NCBI GenBank assembly: GCA_963724295.1 | Contig: CAVRUC010000013.1 | Location: forward strand, 64,001-128,000 | Direction: 5' to 3' | DNA: 64,000 nucleotides | Source: an uncultured Chloroflexia bacterium | GTDB taxonomy: Bacteria > Chloroflexota > Chloroflexia > Thermomicrobiales > UBA6265 | In this document: positions 10,477 to 19,912 of the stretch, in pieces | Layout: the number at the start of each line of letters is the position of its first letter | Position numbering within the stretch: the first letter of the stretch is position 1 | Notes under the pieces: generated by a model | Seen by the model: only the letters and a program-made list of their open reading frames with translations | Databases searched by the model: none | What the model was told of the DNA's origin: nothing | Made by a program: the position numbers and the translations under genes

Positions 10477-11412
10477 ATGGCCACGGCGGCCCGTAAGGTC
10501 ATCGTCACCTGCGCGATCACCGGGTCGATCCACGTCCCGTCCCAGACGCCGTATCTGCCGATCACGCCAGACCAGATCGCCGAGAACGCCATCGGCGCGG
10601 CCCGGGAAGGGGCCGCTATCCTGCATCTGCACGCGCGCGACCCCGAGACCGGTCAGCCAACTCCTGACCCGGAGGTCTTCCTGCGTTTCCTACCCCGCAT
10701 CAAGGAGAGCACCGACGCCGTCATCAACATCACCACCGGCGGCGCGCAGACCATGACGATCGACGAGCGACTGGCCGGACCGCAGCGGATGAAGCCGGAG
10801 ATGTGCTCGCTCAACATGGGGTCGATGAATTTCGGTCTCTATCCCATGGCCAGCCGCATCAAGGAGTTCAAGTACGACTGGGAGCCGGGGTATCTCGAGA
10901 TGTCGCGAGGACACATCTTCCGCAATACCTTCGCCGACATCGAGCGCCTGCTGGAGACGATGGGCGCGCACGGCACCCGCTTCGAGTTCGAGTGCTACGA
11001 CGTGGGCCACCTCTATAACCTCGCGCACTTCCTCGATCGTGGCCTCGTGCAGCCACCGGTCTTCGTGCAGACCATCTTCGGCATACTCGGCGGCATCGGC
11101 ACCGATCCCGAGGATCTGCTGCACATGAAGCGGACGGCCGATCGCCTGCTGGGAAACAACTACATCTGGAGCATCCTCGGTGCGGGTCGTCACCAGTTCA
11201 ACCTGATCACCATGGGCGCCATCATGGGCGGCAACGTTCGCACCGGTATGGAGGACAACATCTATCTCGGCAAAGGCGAGCTGGCCCAATCCAACGCCGA
11301 TCTGGTCGCGAAGACGGTGCGCATCCTGCGCGAGCTCTCCCTGGAACCAGCCACGCCCGGCGAGGCGCGCACCATGCTCGGCCTCAAGGGAGTGGAGAAC
11401 GTGGGGTTTTGA
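10477..11412 (+). CDS. 3-keto-5-aminohexanoate cleavage (BKACE/DUF849) family protein
   Basis: ITGSIH.PS..PYLP.TP, GAAILHLHAR, CSLNMGSMNF, EFECYD, RTGMEDN motifs; RBS aaggag. Confidence 0.92.
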   Translation: MATAARKVIVTCAITGSIHVPSQTPYLPITPDQIAENAIGAAREGAAILHLHARDPETGQPTPDPEVFLRFLPRIKESTDAVINITTGGAQTMTIDERLAGPQRMKPEMCSLNMGSMNFGLYPMASRIKEFKYDWEPGYLEMSRGHIFRNTFADIERLLETMGAHGTRFEFECYDVGHLYNLAHFLDRGLVQPPVFVQTIFGILGGIGTDPEDLLHMKRTADRLLGNNYIWSILGAGRHQFNLITMGAIMGGNVRTGMEDNIYLGKGELAQSNADLVAKTVRILRELSLEPATPGEARTMLGLKGVENVGF

Positions 11413-11479
11413 GGGAAGGGACGGATCTGGGATCAGCCGGTGGTCGCCGACGCTTCATGCATGTCGTCAGGGTTGGTTT

Positions 11480-12058
11480 ATGTCGGTTGTTGATCAGATG
11501 ACCGCTGATACCAAGCGCGACGTCCAACGCCAACTCTCCGAACTGCTCGGTCGCGTGATCGACTGGCTCAAGTTCGCGGAAGCGAAGAACACCGGCTCCG
11601 TCGGCTTGTCCTCCACCGGACTCGGTGTGATCGTCACCTTCCTGGTGGCGGGACCGTCGATTTCGACCCCGACGGGGGTAGGTCTTGGGATCGCCGCCCT
11701 CGCCTTGATGGTCAGCCTTCTACTGACCGTCGCCTCGTTCTTCCCCTCGACGAACCTGGAGAAACACCTCGTCAGCGAGCGCGAAAGGCCCACAACTCGG
11801 GACAACCTCCTCTACTACGGGCATCTGGCCCGCTATGAGCCGAGAGCCCTGGTCGAAGCAATCGCCGAGATGTATTTCGAGCAGGAGGGCGAGACGTATG
11901 TACCGAGCAAGCTCGACATCGATCTCGCGGCGCAGATCGTCACCAACGCCCGAATCACCGTCCGCAAGCTCGCGCTCTTTAGGTACTCGTTGCTCCTGTT
12001 CGGGTTCGGCGTGCTGGTCGCCTCCGCGTCCATCGCTCTAGCGTCGTTCCTGGTCTGA
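11480..12058 (+). CDS. Pycsar-system transmembrane effector family protein (PycTM/DUF5706-like)
   Basis: DWLKFAEAKN, two TMs ending in SFFP, NLLYYGHLA, DLAAQI..NARI..RK and a final TM, the characteristic DUF5706 layout. Confidence 0.8.
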   Translation: MSVVDQMTADTKRDVQRQLSELLGRVIDWLKFAEAKNTGSVGLSSTGLGVIVTFLVAGPSISTPTGVGLGIAALALMVSLLLTVASFFPSTNLEKHLVSERERPTTRDNLLYYGHLARYEPRALVEAIAEMYFEQEGETYVPSKLDIDLAAQIVTNARITVRKLALFRYSLLLFGFGVLVASASIALASFLV

Positions 12059-12267
12059 TCCGCGCTCTCGGTCAGGCGCCGTGAAGCTGGAACTTGGGCT
12101 ACGCGGACTCCTTCGGTAACATCGTATAGAAGTTAACGTCTCGATAATGATCGGAAGTTGAAGACGAATCGCTCGATGTCGCTGCGCGCTCGTCGGCTAT
12201 TGGCGCTGCATGGACGTAGGACTTACCGAGTGGGCCGATCCCGAGAGATGATCTGCTGGATCTCGGC

Positions 12268-13152
12268 TCAGCGCCGCGGGGACACCAGCACCTCTACGAT
12301 CGCCCCTGTCCACTCCGGGCCGCCAGCCAGCTGCTGGTGAGACGATCGTGGCAGCGTTGCGATTCGTGCCCGAGGCAGGAGCGCGACGAGGGTCTCGACC
12401 GTGGCGCGCTCCAGGGCGGCGGCGTCATCCTTGACGAGCAGCCCGACTGGCATGTCGAGGCGAGTGAGCCCGTCAGGGTCGATCGGAGCGCTCACCATGC
12501 CTGCCAGCAGCGGCGCCAGGTTCCCGGCCGAGCGGCGGATGGCGCCGAGGCGCGGTTTCGAGAAGCGTTCTCGCCAGTCCGGGCCGATGCGCGCGCCCAG
12601 GAAGAGGTCGAGAGCGCGGTCCGCCTGACCCTTTTCGGCCAGGACCGCGGCCTCTTGCATCATCTCGAGGTGGTCCGACCCGATCTGGCGAGCCGACATC
12701 TCTGCCGTTGCTGCGACCAGCGCCGGCAGATAGGGCGCGGCAAGCACGAGCGAAACGACCCGCTCTGGAGCCGCTGCCGCCAGGGCTAGCGCGGTCTCCG
12801 CGGCCCAGCCGATCGCAACCACGTGCGCGCTTGGCAACCCTTCCGCATCGAGCACAGCAAGTGCGTCAGCTGCCAGCGCACTGGAGGGATACGCGCGCCC
12901 GGAAAGCATCGGCGATGCGCCATGACCCCGCGCGTCAGGGAGTGTCAGGCGAAACAGGGCATCATGTGGCGGTTCGGCGAGGGAGCGCAGCTGACCACGA
13001 TCGGCGAGGAGATCGTGCAACGCCAGCACCGGCGTCGCGGTTCCTTCACCACGCGACTCGTAGCTCAAGCGGTGGTCGCCGCGCGTCGCGAATCGCGTAA
13101 TTCCCGGTCCTCCGGTCGGTTGTGGCGTAAAGGAACCTCGTTCCAGGATCAC
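12268..13152 (-). CDS. Alpha/beta hydrolase fold protein, probably lacking the catalytic Ser
   Basis: LALHD, PDARGHGAS, LAADALAVLDAEG, PERVVSLVL motifs; the nucleophile elbow reads AIGWA instead of GxSxG. Confidence 0.75.
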   Translation of the reverse strand: MILERGSFTPQPTGGPGITRFATRGDHRLSYESRGEGTATPVLALHDLLADRGQLRSLAEPPHDALFRLTLPDARGHGASPMLSGRAYPSSALAADALAVLDAEGLPSAHVVAIGWAAETALALAAAAPERVVSLVLAAPYLPALVAATAEMSARQIGSDHLEMMQEAAVLAEKGQADRALDLFLGARIGPDWRERFSKPRLGAIRRSAGNLAPLLAGMVSAPIDPDGLTRLDMPVGLLVKDDAAALERATVETLVALLPRARIATLPRSSHQQLAGGPEWTGAIVEVLVSPRR

Positions 13153-14450
13153 GGAGAAACCGGCTCACTCGCCAATGGCGGCGAGTCGACGGCTGGCCGG
13201 CGAGACTCCCGGCGACCCGCGAGGCGATCCCACGCCAAGTCCCAGACCGTGCCGGCGACGAGACCGCCGCACACCGCCGTCGCGGTCAGCACCGGCAAGA
13301 GGTAGCGCGAGAAATCGGCGCGCATGCCGACGACGATCAGCGCAACCTGCCCTCCGAGCAGCAACGCGGCCATCGCCCAGCGACTGCCAAGTCCACGTTG
13401 GATGGCCAGCGCCAGCAAGATGAGCGCGCCGATGATGGCCAGCACCAGATCGAGCTCCATCGGCTTCCAGGAGACGCCAAAGGCGCTGGCAATGACCGCG
13501 ACCAGCTGACCGGTGACGGAGTCGATGTCGCCGAGCCAGTTTCCGATCCGTCCCAGCGCGTCGACCGGCCCATCGACGTTGAGCTCGCTCCAGAGGACGC
13601 CCTGGTTGTACATCTCGATGGCCCGGAACTCGAGCAGCGATCGGGTGCGGCCAACGGGGTCTGGCCAGAGATAGGGATATGAGGCAATGAACGTAGCGGC
13701 CGCGAGCGGGGGTTGTACGAGGAGCCGCCAGCCAAGCCTGCCGTCGTGTCTGGCTCCAGCCCCTGAGCCGCGCCAGCTGTGAATGACCAGGACCATCCCC
13801 GCCGCTGCCGGCACAATCGCGAGCGCCAGCGGGCTGAGCTTGGCCGACCCGCCAAGACCGAGCAGCACGCCGAGCAAGATGGCGCGCGGCCAGGTCGGAC
13901 GATTCGCCAGCGCCATCGCCACCAGCACTGCCAGCGCCACGAGGAGCGTCACCAGCGCGTCTGATCCGGCGAGGCTGGACAGATAGATCGACAACGGATG
14001 CGGCACCAGGAGCGCGGCGGCCGCAATGCCGGCGACGGCGTTCGAGAGACCGCGCGCGATCAGGTAGACACTGACGGCGATGAGGGCGCCTACCACGCTG
14101 TTGGTCCGTCGCGCGGCCGCCAGATCGACCTCGTTGGGCATGGTGCCGTGCCGCCAGTTCCAGTCCGGACCGAAGTGGAAGTTGTAAAACCCGTTGGTGT
14201 CGAGATCACGGCCCTGCAAGGTCAATCCGAGACCCATCAGATACGATCCCAGGGGAGGCTGCCCAATCATCAGCTCGCTCTCTTGCCAGAACTCACCGGT
14301 GGGGGTGCGGAGCTCTTCGAGGAAGCGCGCGCGATGCACCCAGCGCGCCTCGTCACGGTGGAACTCCGTCATCGGCACCGCGCTGAGATTGACCCAGAGA
14401 GCAACGAGGAAAACCAATGGGGCGAGCAGGGCGTCCCAGCGCGAGAACAT
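13149..14450 (-). CDS. GT-C fold membrane glycosyltransferase (PMT/ArnT, GT39/83-like)
   Basis: N-terminal TM followed by DE motif (HRDEARW), QPPLG, multiple TMs, G...K.S and RYLLP motifs. Confidence 0.7.
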   Translation of the reverse strand: MFSRWDALLAPLVFLVALWVNLSAVPMTEFHRDEARWVHRARFLEELRTPTGEFWQESELMIGQPPLGSYLMGLGLTLQGRDLDTNGFYNFHFGPDWNWRHGTMPNEVDLAAARRTNSVVGALIAVSVYLIARGLSNAVAGIAAAALLVPHPLSIYLSSLAGSDALVTLLVALAVLVAMALANRPTWPRAILLGVLLGLGGSAKLSPLALAIVPAAAGMVLVIHSWRGSGAGARHDGRLGWRLLVQPPLAAATFIASYPYLWPDPVGRTRSLLEFRAIEMYNQGVLWSELNVDGPVDALGRIGNWLGDIDSVTGQLVAVIASAFGVSWKPMELDLVLAIIGALILLALAIQRGLGSRWAMAALLLGGQVALIVVGMRADFSRYLLPVLTATAVCGGLVAGTVWDLAWDRLAGRRESRRPAVDSPPLASEPVSP

Positions 14451-14459
14451 GGCCCGCTC

Positions 14460-15792
14460 CTACGGGGTCACCGCGTCGAGCGCGTCGAAGAATCCGGGGA
14501 ACGTCTTGGCCACGCATCCAGGATCGCGCAGGCGGATGCCGGGGACCCGCAGCGCGGCTACCGCAAAGCTCATCGCCATGCGGTGATCGTCATAGGTGTC
14601 GACGTCTGCCGGCTGGAAGGGGACGAGGTGTGATCCGCATGCCGTCCGGAAACTCGTCGACGTCCTGCCCCAGCCGGCGCAGCTCGGTCGCCACCGCCGA
14701 GACCCGGTCGGTCTCTTTCAGCCGCGCGTGAGCGATACCGCGAATGGTCGTCGGACCGGAGGCGAGCGGCGCGATGGCAGCAAGAGTCTGGGCAGTGTCC
14801 GAAATCGGCCCCAGGTCCAGATCGACGCCGCGCAGGTCTCCCTGCGCCGGTCCGCGCACCTCGGTGTATCCGTCTCCGATCTCCACCTCCGCGCCCATCT
14901 TCGCCAGCACGTCGACGAAGTGGAGGTCACCCTGGGTCGAGTCGCGACCGAGTCCGTCGACGCGCACGCGACCGCCGGTCACCGCCGCCGCGGCGAAGAA
15001 GTAGGAGGCGTTCGAGGCGTCCGGTTCGACATGGTACAGACGGCCCGCATAGCGCTGTCCGGGAGCAACCCCGATCTGCCGCCAGGTAACCGTGTCGAGA
15101 TCCGCGGTCACGCCGAATGCCTTCATCACCGCGGCGGTCATCGGCAGGTATGGCTTGGAGACGAGATCGCCGATGACCTCGACCGCGACCCCGTCCCGCG
15201 CATACGGCGCGGATAACAGCAGGGCGCTGAAGTACTGGGACGAGAGATCTCCAGCCATCCGCGTCTGACCACCGCGCAACCCGGCCGCGTGGACGACAAC
15301 CGGCGGGCAGCCGGTGCCGGCTTCGCTACGCGCATCCGCTCCCAGATCGTTGAGCGCGGCAATCAGTGGCGCGATCGGACGCAGCCGCATGCGGGGCACG
15401 CCATCGATCCGGTAGCGTCCCCGTCCGAGCGGGAGGGCGGCGGTGAGAAAGCGCATCGTGGTGCCGGAGTTGCCGACAAAGAGATCAGCCTCCGGCGCTG
15501 TGAATGTGCCTCCGCCACCTTCGATGCGAAAACCCGCATTCGCCTCATCGCTCTCGACCGTCACGCCGAGCGCGTTCAACGCCGCGGCCATGTACCGCGT
15601 ATCGTCGCTGTGCAGCGCCCCGACGAGCTCGCTGGGGCCATCGGCCAGCGCCGCCGCGATCAACGCGCGGTTGGTGATGCTCTTCGAGCCAGGCAGGGTC
15701 ACCGTCGCGTCAAGCGGACGAGCTGCCTGACGCGGCGCTAATGCCGGCGGATAGCCACGATCAATCGTTGTGGAAATAGCGCGGCCTCCCAT
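14460..15792 (-). CDS. aroA: 3-phosphoshikimate 1-carboxyvinyltransferase (EPSP synthase); +1 frameshift near 14617
   Basis: PGSKSITNR, GNSGTTMRF, SSQYFSALL, RLKETDR motifs; the shifted frame gives TYDDHRMAMSFA...CVAKTFPGFF then TAG at 14460-14462. Confidence 0.95.
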
Positions 15793-16024
15793 CGCGGCGA
15801 ATCAATGGAGCTGTCAGCTGGCAAGGGTACCAGCAATGTTCCGCCCCGCCTCGGAACGTCCGGCCAGCGAGATCGTTCGTACTAGAAGGGAGCGGTTCGA
15901 TGCCACCACATCGTCCCTGGGACCGGTGCGCGCGAAACCCGCCGCTATACTCGGGCGAGCCGGTACGCGCCTTTCCGGGCGGCGACGGGCTCGAACTCCG
16001 TAGGTCACGAGGTCATCGCCGCGC

Positions 16025-17046
16025 ATGGAACCACGACCGCCCCGGCCGCGATCATCGCAGCCATTCGAGACGCCGGGATCGCCAGATACGGCAGGGATCG
16101 GCGAGCGTCTTTATCCCGCGCCCGGCGACCCGGCATATTATGCCGGTGCCGAGACCTACGCCCCCGGAGTTCACGCCGCCCCCCCACTCCTGCCACGGCA
16201 ACAGCGCCGCCAACGGCGAGCTCTGCGCGGCGTCGCCGTCGCCGTAGTGCTGATCGCGGCCGTCGCGGCCATGGGTTGGATCTTCCGCGACGCCGTGCGT
16301 GGACTGATCGTCCCTCCGGCGCCCACTCCGGCCGCCGAGGCTCTCGTTACCGCGCCCGGGAACGCCGACTGCTGCTCCGGAATCGGCCGCACTGCCGAAC
16401 GCCCTGGCAACCGTGACCCCAACTGCCGAGCCCGGACCGACGGCCACCCGGGAGCCGGAGCAAGAGTCGCCTGCGCTTGCCGTCGACGCAACGGCGCCGG
16501 CCGAACCTGACCGCGATATCTCGGCCCAGACGCTGCCTCTCCTCGAGCTGCTTCCCACGCAAGATCAGGTGCCGGCCGGCCTGCTTCTGGTCGACGAGGC
16601 GGAACGCAGCAAAGAGGAGGTCATCACGGCCTTGGGAGGGACCGAGGAGGCCGCGCAGCTGCTCGACGATTGGGGATGGTCCGGCAACGCCTTCCGTGAC
16701 TTCATCGCTGACGAAGACGCGCCGCCGCCGAGCGGGACGACGTTCCTCAACGTCAGCGTCCATCGCTTTGCCGACCCCGAGTCGGCTGCCAACGCCATGG
16801 TCTTCTTCTCCGACCAGGTCATCTTCGTGCAGGGTCTGGAGGAAGTCGAGCCGCCGGCCATCGGCGAGAGTGCGCGCTTGCTGACGCGGTGCGCCCGACG
16901 GCGTTCCGCTCACCGTTCTCTACGCTCAGGCGGGACCGATCATGTACCGCGTCGGCGGATCGACGGAAAGCCCCGAAGGCGACCCTACGGCCGATGTCCT
17001 CGCCGTTGCCGGAGAGATCATCGCGGGCCAGGGCGGCGGAGACTGA
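16025..17046 (+). CDS. Membrane-anchored hypothetical protein with Pro/Thr/Ala-rich linker and extracellular domain; two +1 frameshifts (~16360, ~16887)
   Basis: Three consecutive frames give one coherent protein: RRRALR plus TM, PTPT-type linker, globular domain ending GEIIAGQGGGD*. Confidence 0.6.
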
Positions 17047-17048
17047 TC

Positions 17049-17294
17049 ATGCTCAACCGGGAAAACGCAATCGGCCTGGTCCTGCTGCTCCTTTGTGGGG
17101 TCGTCGCCCTGGTCCTCATCGTCAGCATCGTCACCGGAACGCGCTTCCGTTTCGAGGGTCCATCGTGGGTGGGGACCGTGCTGGTCATCCTGTTCTTCGC
17201 GGGCACGATCTACGGATTCCTGATCCGTCCCGGACGCCGCTGGTCATGGCCCTGGAGCAAGGACAAGGACCAGGATCGACTGGACGGCCCCTAG
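17049..17294 (+). CDS. Small two-TM membrane protein
   Basis: ATG 2 nt after the upstream stop; MLNRENAIG followed by two hydrophobic helices. Confidence 0.65.
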   Translation: MLNRENAIGLVLLLLCGVVALVLIVSIVTGTRFRFEGPSWVGTVLVILFFAGTIYGFLIRPGRRWSWPWSKDKDQDRLDGP

Positions 17295-17398
17295 GCAGGC
17301 GCGCGCTGGAAGCCGTCACCGCCGGGTGATCTATACTTTTGCCAGCCGCGTGACGCGGCGCCCCGCTCGGCATTCGCATTACGACCGGGCATAGGGGC

Positions 17399-19123
17399 AT
17401 GATCGAGCCACTCTTGACGACCACTTCTGCACATTCCGCACAGCCATCCGCCGCCTGGCCGTTTCACTCGGCCGCGCCGGGTGTCACGCTGCTGCGCGAG
17501 GAATCGACCCAGCATCCGTTTGCGCTGGCTGTTGCCGCGGCCTGGAGCTGCTATGGCGGCCGGCCGGCAAAGGTCGAGACCGTGCGCAAGCTCGTGTACG
17601 GACCGGAGCCGGAGGGGCTGAGTCCTGTCAAAGCGGCCGATCGGGCGCACCGCCGCGAGCGGGCGATGAAGCTCTACGCCGACCTCTTTGCCGCCGGGCA
17701 CCACACGACGCTGCAACACGCCAACTTCGTCTTCGTCCTCGACAACGTCTCCCGTCTCGCCATCTGGTCGTTCTTCCACGCCCACCCGTTCTACAACTCG
17801 GAGCAGGTCTCGCAGCGCTACCGCGAGGTCACCGGTGAGACGATGGTTACCCCGGAGCTCCCCCCTGCCGAGCTGGAGATCTACAGTGGCGCGATTCAGC
17901 GCGCTCTGGAGGGGTACCGCAACCTGACCGATCTCCTGGCGCCCGATATGGCGCGGCGTTACGCGGGCGTTTTCCCAGGGCGCGCCAGGGCCAAGGGAGC
18001 GGTGGCCGAGCGCCGCTTCGCCGACGCGGTGCAGAAGCGCGCTCAGGAGGTCGCCCGCTATGTCCTGCCCCTGGCCACACCGGCGCACCTCTATCACACG
18101 ATCAACGGGCTCACCCTGCTCCGCTACCACGTCCTCGCCAGCCAGCCGGATGTCCCTTCCGAAGTCCGCGCCATTGTCGATCGCATGCTCGCCGAGGTAC
18201 TCGCGGTCGATCCCTACTTCCTCGGGGCGCCGGGCTTCCCGCTCGATTTGCGGCTGCTCGATACCGGGGAGGCACTCGAGGCGCAGGCGCTCGACGAGTG
18301 GCGGGGGGCGCTGTCCCAACCGGAAATGGAGACCGCCGCGGCTCGCGACGCCTTCGACGAAGCGCTGGGACCCTACGATAGCCGTCTGATCGGTTATGAC
18401 GCCGACGCTGAGCGAGTGATGGCCGCGGCCGTGCGCGCCGTCCTTGCCGCCACTCCAGAGGCGCTTCCGGACGACGACGCGCTCGCCCAGGTGCTGGATC
18501 CCACACGGAACCCATACCTGGGGCACCCCCTCTTCCTCGGCATGCAGTCCAAGCTGATGCAGACCCTGTCCCACGTGCCGTTCACCTGGGCGAAGCGGAT
18601 CAGCATGGCCGAGGATGCCCAGAACCAGCGCCACCGCGGTACCGCCGGATCACGTCCAGCCCTGCTGGCATGGAACAGCCGTGAACCCGATGTCATCGTG
18701 CCCTGGGCCATTCGCCAAAACCAGCAGGCGCTCGAGGAATACGATGCGGTGATCCTCGCTCTGACAGAGGCACGCAACAGCCTCCTCGACCGCGGCGTGC
18801 CGCCGGAAACGACGTTCTATCTGATCCCCAATGCACAACGGATCCGCTTCTACGAGAGCGGCACGCTCCTCGACTACTACTGGAAGTGGGTCAAGCGGCT
18901 CTGCTACGACGCGCAACGGGAGATCTTCGAGACGGCAGTTGACGAGGTCGCCCAGGTACGGGAGGTTCTACCCACGATCGGACGTTATGTCGATGGCCCG
19001 CCCTGCGTGATGCGCTCTCGCGCCGGGACGGCGCCAATCTGCCCCGAGGGCGAGCGCTTCTGCGGCATCCCCGTCTGGCGCGACTACCAGTTCGAGGAGC
19101 TCGAACCACGACGCGTGATGTGA
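17399..19123 (+). CDS. thyX: FAD-dependent thymidylate synthase, tandem two-domain form
   Basis: Domain 1: GHHTTLQH, VSR, SEQVSQRY, EVARYVLP. Domain 2: QRHR, YLIPNA, KRLC..AQREI, GPPC..CPEG..CG. Confidence 0.85.
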   Translation: MIEPLLTTTSAHSAQPSAAWPFHSAAPGVTLLREESTQHPFALAVAAAWSCYGGRPAKVETVRKLVYGPEPEGLSPVKAADRAHRRERAMKLYADLFAAGHHTTLQHANFVFVLDNVSRLAIWSFFHAHPFYNSEQVSQRYREVTGETMVTPELPPAELEIYSGAIQRALEGYRNLTDLLAPDMARRYAGVFPGRARAKGAVAERRFADAVQKRAQEVARYVLPLATPAHLYHTINGLTLLRYHVLASQPDVPSEVRAIVDRMLAEVLAVDPYFLGAPGFPLDLRLLDTGEALEAQALDEWRGALSQPEMETAAARDAFDEALGPYDSRLIGYDADAERVMAAAVRAVLAATPEALPDDDALAQVLDPTRNPYLGHPLFLGMQSKLMQTLSHVPFTWAKRISMAEDAQNQRHRGTAGSRPALLAWNSREPDVIVPWAIRQNQQALEEYDAVILALTEARNSLLDRGVPPETTFYLIPNAQRIRFYESGTLLDYYWKWVKRLCYDAQREIFETAVDEVAQVREVLPTIGRYVDGPPCVMRSRAGTAPICPEGERFCGIPVWRDYQFEELEPRRVM

Positions 19124-19810
19124 GCTCGTCCGGCATTCTCGAGGTCGACCCGAGTTGGCGCGAGGCGCATCCCGGTGCCACCGTCGGTCTGATCGCCATA
19201 CGGGGAGTCACCAATCCCGCTAGCGACGATCGCCTGAACGATCTCGCGAGCGCGCTGGAGACCGACGTGCGCTCCCGCTTCGGGTCGGCTGATCGCGAGA
19301 CGATCCGCGCCACCCCACCCCTCCCCGCCTACGCCGCGTACTACAAGCGCTGGGGCCAGCGGTACCACGTCGCCATGCAGCTCGAATCGGTGGCCCAGAA
19401 GGGGAAAGCGCTCCCGCGCGTCGCCGCGTTGGTCGAGGCCATGTTCATCGCCGAATTGAGGAACCTGCTCCTCACCGCCGGCCACGATCTCGACGCACTC
19501 CAGCTGCCAGTTCGGCTGTCTGTGGGAGCGGGCGAGTCATTCACCGCCCCCAACGGCCAGGAGACGACTGTCAAATCTGGCGACATGGTCATCACCGACG
19601 CTCGAGGGCGGGTTCTCTCGGCGATCATCACCGGACCGTCCGATGTCGCCCGCATCGGACCAGAGACGACCGCCGCCCTCTTTTACTCGTATGCGCCGCC
19701 GGGCGTCGATTCCGGCCTGGTCGATGCTCATCTCGCATGAGATCGAGCGCAACGTCCGGTTGATCTCGCCCGACGGGAAGGTTCTCGCCCGGGAGATCGT
19801 GAAGGCGTGA
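19120..19810 (+). CDS. B3/B4 domain protein (PheRS beta editing-domain-like); +1 frameshift near 19736
   Basis: AY..YYKRWG, LPRV.ALVEA, GHDLD, GDMVITD motifs; removing one C gives HLDEIERNVRLISP...VKA* ending at 19810. GTG overlaps the thyX stop. Confidence 0.75.
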
Positions 19811-19912
19811 AAATCCGGCTCCTTCTTCGTCAGGGTTACGTGTCTCGAACCGCGACTCGGGAGTGCCGCTGCGCCACTTGGGGAGAGCGCAGGGTCGATA
19901 CACGCCCTCATT

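Noticed and set aside
14460..15792. aroA (and five other split genes) as true pseudogenes or programmed frameshifts
   Set aside because: Uniform +1 insertions with no slippery heptamers and no other decay point to sequencing error.
17291..18634. Long antisense or alternative-frame ORFs (also 35904-37352, 38307-40385, 44026-45549, 28008-29177)
   Set aside because: They shadow well-supported genes, show no family motifs, and are expected in high-GC DNA with few stop codons.
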